Source: Candidatus Bathyarchaeota archaeon
GTDB taxonomy: Archaea > Thermoproteota > Bathyarchaeia > Bathyarchaeales > Bathycorpusculaceae
Assembly (NCBI GenBank): GCA_026014615.1
Contig: JAOZHZ010000027.1
Location: 18,920-82,919 of the forward strand
DNA: 64,000 bases
Direction: 5' to 3'
The first letter of the stretch is position 1. Each line of letters opens with the position of its first letter. Both the position numbers and the translations under genes were made by a program. Below the pieces are notes generated by a model, which did not search any database, was not told the DNA's origin, and was given only the letters and a program-made list of their open reading frames with translations. Shown piece after piece: positions 1 to 8,520 of the stretch.

Positions 1-866
1 AGACCGGCGAGAAATTGTGGGATTTCTATGCTGACCCAAGCGGAGCCGACTTCCCCGGGTACAGCACCCTTCCCTTCGAGACTAACATGCTATTTACCGT
101 TGCCGACGGAAAAGTCATTGCATCTACAGGCGATTCTCACGGGGTCCCCTTATACAGAGGGGCACGATTATACGTTGTTGATGTATACTCTGGAGAAGAA
201 GTGTGGAGTGTAAACGGGTGCTTTGAGCAGTCTTTACCAGTTGCAGACGGCTACTTAGTTGGATTCAACTTGTATGACAACTTGCTCTATTGCTTTGGTA
301 AGGGACAGACGGCAACTACAGTTACAGCGCCAAACACAGCAGTACCCAAAGGCACACCCGTTCTGATACAGGGAACAATCACTGATCAGTCGCCAGGCGA
401 AACTTGCTTAGGCGTTCCAACCGCAGGCACTCCAGCAGTTTCTGATGATTGTATGAGTGCGTGGATGGAGTACTTGTACATGCAACAGCCAAAGCCGACC
501 GATGTTACTGGTGTTGAGGTGCATTTGACGGCAGTTGACCCTAACGGCAATACACAAGAAATCGGCACAGTCACAAGCGACATTAAAGGCAACTATAAGA
601 CCTCTTGGACTCCCCCCGTTGAAGGCATCTACACAATCATAGCCGAATTTGCAGGCACTGAATCCTATTACAGCTCTGACGCAGAAACAGGTTTAGTAGT
701 GTCCAGCGCAGGCTCAGCGGCACCAGTTGTTACTTCGCCATCGCCCAGTCCAGCAGTTCAGCCACCAGCAAGCAGTACCCAAACAACGACCTACATAGCA
801 ATCGCAGCAGAAATAGTAATCATTGCTGTAGCCGCAGCAATAATAGTGCTAAGAAAACGCAAGTGA
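1..866 (+). CDS. Secreted PQQ-like beta-propeller surface protein, C-terminal part (5' end outside window); paralog of 2213..4807
   Basis: The ORF is open to the window edge. By eye it aligns with the last ~280 aa of 2213..4807 (AWMEYLYMQQPKPTDVTGVEVHLTAVDPNGN vs QWMEYVYKQQSKPTNVTGVPVHLTAIDPNGN). It ends with an S/P/T linker, a hydrophobic helix and an RKRK tail. Confidence 0.8.
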   Translation, partial: TGEKLWDFYADPSGADFPGYSTLPFETNMLFTVADGKVIASTGDSHGVPLYRGARLYVVDVYSGEEVWSVNGCFEQSLPVADGYLVGFNLYDNLLYCFGKGQTATTVTAPNTAVPKGTPVLIQGTITDQSPGETCLGVPTAGTPAVSDDCMSAWMEYLYMQQPKPTDVTGVEVHLTAVDPNGNTQEIGTVTSDIKGNYKTSWTPPVEGIYTIIAEFAGTESYYSSDAETGLVVSSAGSAAPVVTSPSPSPAVQPPASSTQTTTYIAIAAEIVIIAVAAAIIVLRKRK

Positions 867-927
867 CCAGCTGAAAAACAATATTCCTTTTCTTTTTTGT
901 TTAAGGAGAAACATCGGACGGAGAAGG

Positions 928-1030
928 TGGGCTGAGTGGGCTTTGGAGTTTGATTTCCAACTTTGCTTGTTGTTTTTCATATCCTTTTCTCCTAATGGTT
1001 GTGTTCCAGAGCCCCAGTAAACCTTATTCC
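928..1030. repeat. Conserved ~100-nt non-coding element, copy A (after the T-rich terminator of the propeller gene)
   Basis: About 80% identical by eye to 4878..4975. Shared blocks are GGGCTGAGTGGGCTTTGG, TTGATTTCCAACTT and AGCCCCAG.AAACC. Confidence 0.7.
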
Positions 1031-1219
1031 TTCTGAAAGCGTCGTCCCATTAAGAAACATGGCAAATGGTTTTAAAAGTCCAAAAGATTTCGTTTAAAAA
1101 ATTATGTGGTGACGATAAAATTCTTGAGGGTAGAATTTGATTATATGTCTATTAAAAGGCATTGCATATTCTGTTCTTCGGGGGAAAGACAATTTTTTTC
1201 AAAAGTGAAAGCTGAAAAC

Positions 1220-1936
1220 CTACATATTCTCCACGGCTGCTGTTTCAAGTGCCATTTCAAAGTAACTTTTAGCCAACTCTACGATCTGAGGGTTGTTTGA
1301 CACTATTCTAGAGCTTTCGCAACAACGTTCAGTTGAAGTTGTTACCCACACTTTTCTGTCATCAAAAATGCTTAAAATGACCCCATCAGAATAAGGAAGA
1401 ACTCTCAGTAGGAAATTTTTGTATTGGGTTAATTCCTTTAAGCACTCAGGGATACCTTCTTCTTTGCTAGGTTTATACAACACTACGGTTACTTTCACTC
1501 CTCTCTTTAATGCATCATGATATGCATCACGTAACTTTTCCCTGAAGAGGGGCAGGCCAAATTCTTGTACACTTCTTACTGAAGTAAGGTAATCTGCGCT
1601 TCTCTCCAACTTGTAAAGCTCCTTTTCTATAGCTTGATAAATCATTTCTACTTTTGGAGCATAGATGGTGCGTTCTTCTTCTTGCAAAATTTCCTTCTGA
1701 CCAAGTGAATGCTCAAGAATGCGGGTGGCGTCTTTCTGAATTTGGGCGACTTCAGTTTTCTGTTTGTCAAACAAGATTTGCAGTAGCTCTTTTATCGGGA
1801 CCGCCTTGTATTCGACTGGATTTGCTAGGATCTTTAGCAGGAACCCTTTCTCTTCAAGTTGAGTGATCGAGCGGTATGTTTCTGCCCTGTCTAAATGTGT
1901 GATCTTTGCGATAGTGCTTACTTTTGATTTGTCCAA
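1220..1936 (-). CDS. TrmB-family transcriptional regulator
   Basis: The TrmB-type wHTH reads LGFTSSQAKVYLTLAKLDKSKVSTIAKITHLDRAETYRSITQLEEKGFL. The listed TTG start (1936) lies inside this motif, so the true start is probably upstream (the frame is open to 2056). TAG stop. Confidence 0.75.
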   Translation of the reverse strand: MDKSKVSTIAKITHLDRAETYRSITQLEEKGFLLKILANPVEYKAVPIKELLQILFDKQKTEVAQIQKDATRILEHSLGQKEILQEEERTIYAPKVEMIYQAIEKELYKLERSADYLTSVRSVQEFGLPLFREKLRDAYHDALKRGVKVTVVLYKPSKEEGIPECLKELTQYKNFLLRVLPYSDGVILSIFDDRKVWVTTSTERCCESSRIVSNNPQIVELAKSYFEMALETAAVENM

Positions 1937-2212
1937 TTTGGCAAGTGTTAAATAGACCTTAGCCTGCGAAGAGGTGAAGCCTAATTTAGTTAATACCTGA
2001 ATGCTTTCATTCTCCGCCGTGGCCAGTTCTCTCCTATCTTGGTTCTTGCGGAGAGGTCATATTTATAAAAAGTATTTATCGCTTTCGAATCTCGCTCTAA
2101 CGATTGCTTCTTGAATTTGTCGCCATATGCCTGCGGTTGAAACTTTCAATCGCAACACGTTATATTTCATGACCTGCACACCCCTTCTGAAAAAAATTGA
2201 GGAGAAATAAGT

Positions 2213-4807
2213 TTGAAAAATTGCTTTAAGAACGAACTAAAAAAGGCAGCATCCACTTTTGTTCTAATGCTGCTAATCATTGCGACGCTAATGACTTGCT
2301 TATCAACGGCAAATGCCCAGACAAACCTGCCTACCTACACATATCTTAGTGTTTCCCCAGACCCTGCAGAGATCAACCAGCAAGTAACTATGTCAATGTG
2401 GCTGAATATTATCAATCCATCAGCATCAGCTTCGTCTGGTGGCAGATGGCAAGATTTCACAGTAGCAATAACAAAACCCGATGGAACAAGTCAGACCTTG
2501 GGGCCGTTCACAGCTGACGACGCATCATTCGCACATGCTCTATACACGCCTGACCAACTCGGCACATACACTCTTGAGTTCAGTTTTCCGGGACAGCACG
2601 TTACAGGTCCCTCAGTTCTCGGACTACCTTTAGATGCTTATTACGCGGCTAGCAGTTTCTCGACAACGCTTACAGTACAAAAAGAGCCATCTTCATCAAC
2701 GCCTCAGGCTTCGCTTCCCACAAGCTACTGGACGCGTCCAATAAACTCTCAAAACACAGAGTGGTATGCAATTTCAGGAAATTGGTTGGGTACCCTCCCT
2801 GCACGGGCTGATAGTTACAGTGAAAATGTTGCTCCCTATTCATTGGGGCCTGATAGTGCTCATGTTCTTTGGACAAAGCCTTTGATGTATGGAGGATTGA
2901 TTGGAGGCGAATTCGGAAACACTCTCAGAAGTAATTACTACACGGGTCGGGATTATCAGATGGCTTTCACTCCGCCAGTCGTAGTTAATGGGGTGCTTTA
3001 CTATAATGCGCCTATTGCGCCTTACGAGGGATACTATGCGGTAAATCTGAAAACAGGAGAGACCTTATGGTATAGCAATGCCACCAGTATAGGAACTGGT
3101 CGACCGCAAGCGATTACATTAGGTCAAATTTACAATTATCAATCCCCAAATCAAGAGGGTGGTACTCCATACTTATGGAATACTGTAGGTTCTACATGGA
3201 TTATGTACGATGCTAACACAGGCAATCAGATACTAGAAATTAACGATGTAAAAGGCGGTACTACTGCTACGGGTCCTAACGGTGAGCTGTTAGTCTATGT
3301 TATTGGCAATGGTTGGATAGGAATGTGGAACTCATCTCTATGCATAATGGCATCCACCCCATACAGCCTTGCGGCTAACATCAACGAATGGACTTGGAGA
3401 CCTGGAATTAATGCGAGTCTTCACTGGAGCGCTGGCTTACAATGGAACGTTTCGGTGACACCTTGCTCTGGACTATCCATAGTGAATATCAATTCAGGAG
3501 TAGTAATTGCGACCCAACTCAGTGGTGGCCTGTCATCTGTTACTCCACGAGGCTCTGGGGTGGTCGTAGGTTATAACTCGACAACAGGGCAACAGCTTTG
3601 GGCTAATAACCTAACGCTCCCATCTGGACCCGCAACGTCATATGCTTATATGTTTGGGCCTATGGCTGACGGCGTGTTTACTACGTATGATGCTTATGCT
3701 ATGCAGTGGTATGGCTGGAATGCTTACACTGGAGAGGCGCTGTGGGGCCCGACAGCTTCTGATACTGATCCGTGGGGTTCACTACCAACAACTGGCGTTT
3801 CTGCAATCTCAAACGGAATTCTATACGGAGTAACTGTGGCTGGTGTTCGCGCCTTTGATTTGACAAATGGCGAGGAATTGTGGTCCTTTAAGGGACTTCA
3901 GAGTGGCGCGGACTTTCCGAGTTTCAACTACTATCCCTTCATGCACGCTGGTATGGTGGTTGCTGACGGAAAAGTATACGTAACAACAGCTGTCTCGCAC
4001 GGTGACCCGCAGTTTCGAGGTGCACAACTTTACTGTGTAAACGCTACTTCTGGAGCCTTACTTTGGAGCACTAATTCGTTCACCCTCGATTATCTTGCTA
4101 TTGCAGATGGTGTCCTCTTAGCCTTCAATGAGTATGACAATCAGATTTACGCTTATGGCAAAGGTCCAAGCGCCACAACAGTTACGGCACCCGACTCTGT
4201 TCAACTGCTGGGCAATAACATTCTGCTTCATGGTACAGTGACTGATATCTCTGCCGGATCTGATCAAGAAGCGGTTACAGCGAACTTTCCTTATGGGCTT
4301 CCATGTGTTTCTGAAGCGAGCATGTCTCAATGGATGGAATACGTGTACAAGCAGCAGTCAAAGCCAACTAACGTGACTGGTGTACCCGTGCATTTGACGG
4401 CTATTGACCCGAACGGTAACTTCCAAGACATCGGCTACACTACAAGCAATACGTTAGGTAACTATGCGATTGAATGGACGCCGCCGGTTCCCGGAGTGTA
4501 CACCGTAACTGCTACGTTTGAAGGCTCAAACTCTTACTATAAGAGTGAGGCTGGAACGTCATTTATCGTTTCTGAACCCGCCACAGCAGCACCTTCAGTC
4601 GTTACACCAACTCAAGCACCCGAACAGTCATCAACACCCACTGCCCCTGCTCCGACATCTGCGCAGTCTGTTTCGCCTTCGCCTAGTGAGGCTCCACAGC
4701 CCTCCACCGCCGCAGCTACCTCAACCCTGACCTACATAGCCATAGGCGCAGCAGTCATAATCGTGGTCGCCGCCGCAGCAGTACTGATCCTTAGACGAAG
4801 AAAATAA
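2213..4807 (+). CDS. Secreted PQQ-like beta-propeller surface protein with C-terminal membrane anchor
   Basis: 864-aa ORF with a GAGGAG RBS before the TTG start and an N-terminal signal/TM. PQQ-like blade motifs recur (VVNGVLYYNA, SNGILYGVT, VADGKVYVTT, IADGVLLAFN). An S/P/T linker and a hydrophobic helix with RRRK follow. Confidence 0.85.
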   Translation: MKNCFKNELKKAASTFVLMLLIIATLMTCLSTANAQTNLPTYTYLSVSPDPAEINQQVTMSMWLNIINPSASASSGGRWQDFTVAITKPDGTSQTLGPFTADDASFAHALYTPDQLGTYTLEFSFPGQHVTGPSVLGLPLDAYYAASSFSTTLTVQKEPSSSTPQASLPTSYWTRPINSQNTEWYAISGNWLGTLPARADSYSENVAPYSLGPDSAHVLWTKPLMYGGLIGGEFGNTLRSNYYTGRDYQMAFTPPVVVNGVLYYNAPIAPYEGYYAVNLKTGETLWYSNATSIGTGRPQAITLGQIYNYQSPNQEGGTPYLWNTVGSTWIMYDANTGNQILEINDVKGGTTATGPNGELLVYVIGNGWIGMWNSSLCIMASTPYSLAANINEWTWRPGINASLHWSAGLQWNVSVTPCSGLSIVNINSGVVIATQLSGGLSSVTPRGSGVVVGYNSTTGQQLWANNLTLPSGPATSYAYMFGPMADGVFTTYDAYAMQWYGWNAYTGEALWGPTASDTDPWGSLPTTGVSAISNGILYGVTVAGVRAFDLTNGEELWSFKGLQSGADFPSFNYYPFMHAGMVVADGKVYVTTAVSHGDPQFRGAQLYCVNATSGALLWSTNSFTLDYLAIADGVLLAFNEYDNQIYAYGKGPSATTVTAPDSVQLLGNNILLHGTVTDISAGSDQEAVTANFPYGLPCVSEASMSQWMEYVYKQQSKPTNVTGVPVHLTAIDPNGNFQDIGYTTSNTLGNYAIEWTPPVPGVYTVTATFEGSNSYYKSEAGTSFIVSEPATAAPSVVTPTQAPEQSSTPTAPAPTSAQSVSPSPSEAPQPSTAAATSTLTYIAIGAAVIIVVAAAAVLILRRRK

Positions 4808-4877
4808 ACAACAAACACAATCAACCTTTCCTTCTTCTTTTTTGATGAAGAAATGTATGCGTTGGTCAAGTTTAAAG

Positions 4878-4975
4878 GGGCTGAGTGGGCTTTGGCGCTT
4901 GATTTCCAACTTGTTTGTTGGTTTTCATTCTCTTCTCTCCTAAGAATTCCAATCCAAAGCCCCAGCAAACCCTAC
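4878..4975. repeat. Conserved ~100-nt non-coding element, copy B
   Basis: Same position relative to its propeller gene as copy A. GGGCTTTGG (4887-4895) can pair with CCAAAGCCC (4954-4962). Confidence 0.7.
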
Positions 4976-5143
4976 TTTGGTCTATATATTGTCCCTATAT
5001 TTTTGGGTTGGTTTGACCCTTTTTCTGCCTTTTCTGACCTTTTCTAGCCGCGGGTTAAACCCATTTTGAACGCTGAATTGGAAAAGCAGCCCAAAATGGA
5101 CGTTTCAAAAAGGTAGGGGTAGGTGTGAAAGAAAAAAACAGAG

Positions 5144-5767
5144 TTACTTCTTTTTTTGTTTCTGCATTATTTGTTTGGCAATCTCTAAATCCTTGACTGT
5201 GTTGATGTTGAGCATGACTTCTTTGTCTTGGGTTATGATGGCGCTTGTTTCGATTTTGCCTTCTTCCTGCACCCGCAACCCATTAACGATGTTCACGCCC
5301 GAAACCGCGTACCACACCCCCTTATACTCGTCCGTGGAGGAAATCGACAACCCCAACTCCCGCCGCTTCTCGATGGGCACAAACACCGCCAAATAGTCCC
5401 TCCCGCACCTTTCGTAAGCCGTCACAATCTTGTCTAAAGCTTCCCCAGTCAAAGCGGGAACATCTGCAGGAATCGTCAAAATCGGACAACGCAACTCACC
5501 CCTAACCACGACTTGTTTAAGGTCCTCATGATACCCTTTAGCGTCCGTCGGGAGAACCCGCCACCCCTTCTTCTGGCAGTAAAGCTGCGTTTTAGGCGTA
5601 TTTGGGCTAGTAACCACATAAAACCGCGAGACCTTCTTCGCCGAAGTCAACGCATTCACCACCCAATCAATCAACGGCTTACCCAGAAACGGCACCAACG
5701 GCTTCTCTATAGCTAACCCCATGCGGGTGCCTTTGCCGCCCGCCATAATCAACGCAGGAATCCTCAC
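5144..5767 (-). CDS. cobY: Adenosylcobinamide-phosphate guanylyltransferase (archaeal CobY type)
   Basis: NTP-transferase N-terminus ALIMAGGKGTRMG..EKPL. The GTG start overlaps the cobS TGA stop (GTGA). The gene is adjacent to cobS. Confidence 0.8.
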   Translation of the reverse strand: MRIPALIMAGGKGTRMGLAIEKPLVPFLGKPLIDWVVNALTSAKKVSRFYVVTSPNTPKTQLYCQKKGWRVLPTDAKGYHEDLKQVVVRGELRCPILTIPADVPALTGEALDKIVTAYERCGRDYLAVFVPIEKRRELGLSISSTDEYKGVWYAVSGVNIVNGLRVQEEGKIETSAIITQDKEVMLNINTVKDLEIAKQIMQKQKKK

Positions 5768-6612
5768 AGCAACAGCCCTCCCCAAAACAGACCCGAAACA
5801 AAAACAAACACCGCAGCCACCAAAACCAAAACCACTGCTCTGGCGGTCTCATTGGTTGCACCAATAATGTCGCCACTGACGCCGCCAAACATAAAGTTCG
5901 CGACCTTCTCCATAAAAAGACCGCACCCAACCGAAGCCAAAACCGCCAGCAACCCCACAAACCCCAGCAAAACATAGCCAATCAGGAAAGCCGCGGTGTA
6001 TCCTGCGATGTTGATTTTTCGTTTGGCGTTGCGCATAAATCTTGCACCTAAGCCCTCGTGGGAGGGTTTGCCGCGCCAAACAATGGTTAACATCGCAAGT
6101 TTCGCGCCGATCTCGGCCACAATCAAAGCCCGAAGCGCAAGGTTCCAGTTCAAAAGGAATAGCCCTGCAAACGCGCAGAACTCCACAAAAAACGCCAACA
6201 AAGCTCCCTTGTAGGTGACTATCCATCTGTGGGCGATTTCCCGTCGGTCCTCCATTTTTTTCAGTCCGATTGCGTTGCCCAAGTCAATTAAGCCGTCAAA
6301 ATGCTGAAACCCCGTAAGCACCAGCAGAAACGCCAGCGTCATGGCAGCAGGCAAAACCCCCGCCAACCAACCCACAGGAACCTGAAGCAAGAAATCAACT
6401 GCTCCCACCAGAAACGAAACAATTACGCTGCAACCCCAAAAATAGCTTGCAGCAAACAACCCTAAAAGTCCCCCGACCAACGGAAAGAGGAACATATTAC
6501 GTGCACTTGAAGCAATGAAATCTTCCGTTTTCCCCAAAGGGATAATCGTAAGGAACGCTAGCAAATCCCTAAAAGTATTTATAGCATTCAACTTCGACAT
6601 ATACCCATTCAC
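5764..6612 (-). CDS. cobS: Adenosylcobinamide-GDP ribazoletransferase (cobalamin synthase)
   Basis: Polytopic membrane protein with CobS motifs LAFLTIIPLG, HFDGLIDLGNA and GGVSGDIIGATNE. Confidence 0.9.
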   Translation of the reverse strand: MNGYMSKLNAINTFRDLLAFLTIIPLGKTEDFIASSARNMFLFPLVGGLLGLFAASYFWGCSVIVSFLVGAVDFLLQVPVGWLAGVLPAAMTLAFLLVLTGFQHFDGLIDLGNAIGLKKMEDRREIAHRWIVTYKGALLAFFVEFCAFAGLFLLNWNLALRALIVAEIGAKLAMLTIVWRGKPSHEGLGARFMRNAKRKINIAGYTAAFLIGYVLLGFVGLLAVLASVGCGLFMEKVANFMFGGVSGDIIGATNETARAVVLVLVAAVFVFVSGLFWGGLLL

Positions 6613-6650
6613 AGGTCTACAATGGGATATAGACTTTATCGTGAGGCTTC

Positions 6651-7580
6651 ATGACAGAAATCAAGGGGAAAAAAATCTTGGTGACTGGTGGCGCAGGATT
6701 CATCGGGTTCCACCTCACCAAGAAACTGCTCGATTTAGGCGCAGACGTGACCATTTATGATAACTTATCCAGCGGCAAAATGGAAAACGTCAACGACAAC
6801 CCAACCGCCACTTTTGTTGAAGGCGACATACTTGACCTCCCAAAACTTCTCAGCTTACCAAAATTTGAGTTGATTTACCATTTGGCAGCCCAAGTTGTAG
6901 TTCCCTACAGCATGGAAAACCCAACTGAAGACTTCGAAACTAACGCACGCGGAACCCTCAACGTTTTAGAAAAAGCCCGTAAAGACAAAACCAGAATAGT
7001 CTTCGCATCCAGTGCAGCAGTCTACGGTAACCCAACGGTTTTTCCCACCCCTGAAAGCTACGGTTTTCACCCCTTCAGCTGCTACGGCTTAAGCAAAGTT
7101 GTCGGCGAGGAATACTGCCAAATCTACACGCTTCAATACGGCTTAGACATAACTGTGGTACGGTTCAGCAACGTTTACGGTTCACGCTGCCACGGAGTTA
7201 TTAATGACTTTCTGGATAAACTCCAAAAAGACCCTTCCAAACTGGAAATCATCGGTACGGGTGAACAAGCCAGAGACTTCGTGCATGTTTCTGACATCGC
7301 AGACGCTTTAGTGCTTTGCGCTGGCGAAAACGCTTCTGGAAAAATCTTCAACTTGGGCTTTGGCAAAACCACAAAAATACTTGACCTCGCCCAAATGATT
7401 CTTAACATCCTTAACTTAACTGAGAAAACAAAGGTGACAACCACTGGGCAATCTTGGCAGGGCGACATCAAAACCATATGGTTTGACATAACCAAAGTCA
7501 AGACTGAAATTAGGTGGACACCGAAAATTCGTCTTGAAGACCATCTGCGAAACCTCATAGCTGAGAGGCAAATGATTTGA
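6651..7580 (+). CDS. NAD-dependent nucleotide-sugar epimerase/dehydratase (SDR family)
   Basis: GGAGFIGFHL Rossmann motif and YGLSK catalytic YxxxK. The ~310-aa length is typical. Confidence 0.85.
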   Translation: MTEIKGKKILVTGGAGFIGFHLTKKLLDLGADVTIYDNLSSGKMENVNDNPTATFVEGDILDLPKLLSLPKFELIYHLAAQVVVPYSMENPTEDFETNARGTLNVLEKARKDKTRIVFASSAAVYGNPTVFPTPESYGFHPFSCYGLSKVVGEEYCQIYTLQYGLDITVVRFSNVYGSRCHGVINDFLDKLQKDPSKLEIIGTGEQARDFVHVSDIADALVLCAGENASGKIFNLGFGKTTKILDLAQMILNILNLTEKTKVTTTGQSWQGDIKTIWFDITKVKTEIRWTPKIRLEDHLRNLIAERQMI

Positions 7581-8455
7581 CCAACTCTTCAGCCAAAGGG
7601 CTAATCACACTTCTTCGGCTTCCCTACTGGCTTATGACTGGTGGACTTGCGCTTTTAACAGCGTTTGCCCTAACAAAAGGCGACTTCGCCAACCTACAGA
7701 CCATCCCGCTGATTTTTTTCTCCATGGCGTGCGTAACCTCAGCTGGATTTGCCTTAAACGACTACTTTGACAAAGAAAGCGACGCAGTTATTAAACCAAA
7801 ACGCCCGCTTCCTTCAGGTGCATTGACGCTTAAACAGGTCATAGCGGTTTCCACAGTTCTTTTCGTGTTAGGTTTGTTTCTGGCTGCGCTTATCAACTGG
7901 CTAAGTTTTGCTATTCTTGCGGTGGATTCTTTATTGCTTCTAGTTTACTCGGCGGCGGTTAAGAAAAAGTCAGGCTTCGTAGCCAACGCTTTAGTCGGCA
8001 TTTTAACTGGAACGGCTTTCCTTTACGGCGAAGCCGCAATCGCAAACACGATAACGCTGATTTCCGTAAGTTTGTATCCTGTTGCTTTTGGAACCATAGG
8101 TGGCAACGTTCTACGTGACATCTTGAGCCTTGAAGGAGACTCCAAAGTGGGGTACCCAACGCTTCCACAGAGGATCGGTAACCCCAAATCAGTGAAGGTT
8201 GCAGCCGTTTTCTTTGTGGTTTGTGGTTTGCTTACGCCTCTGCCTTTCCTGCTTGGCGAATTCACGGTTTACTATTTGCCGTTTATTCTGCTTTGGAGCG
8301 CGCTTCTGCTTTACTCTTCCGTGCGTCTGGTAATTTCAGCTTTCACAGTTGTGAACGTGCGGAAATACGAGCGGATAATCACCATGTCGATGATTCTGCT
8401 TCCTTTGGCTCTGATTCTTGAGGCTCTGTCAACGGTGCTTGGAGGTTTACTGTAA
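7577..8455 (+). CDS. UbiA-family prenyltransferase (DGGGP-synthase-like)
   Basis: Multi-TM protein with NDYFDKESDAVIKPKRPLPSG (NxxxDxxxD plus RPLPSG). The TTG start overlaps the stop of 6651..7580. Confidence 0.8.
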   Translation: MTNSSAKGLITLLRLPYWLMTGGLALLTAFALTKGDFANLQTIPLIFFSMACVTSAGFALNDYFDKESDAVIKPKRPLPSGALTLKQVIAVSTVLFVLGLFLAALINWLSFAILAVDSLLLLVYSAAVKKKSGFVANALVGILTGTAFLYGEAAIANTITLISVSLYPVAFGTIGGNVLRDILSLEGDSKVGYPTLPQRIGNPKSVKVAAVFFVVCGLLTPLPFLLGEFTVYYLPFILLWSALLLYSSVRLVISAFTVVNVRKYERIITMSMILLPLALILEALSTVLGGLL

Positions 8456-8520
8456 TTTCCAAAACGAAAACGAAAAGTATCTGTCCAGAATGCCAAAAAC
8501 TAGTCGAAGCAGAATTAACA

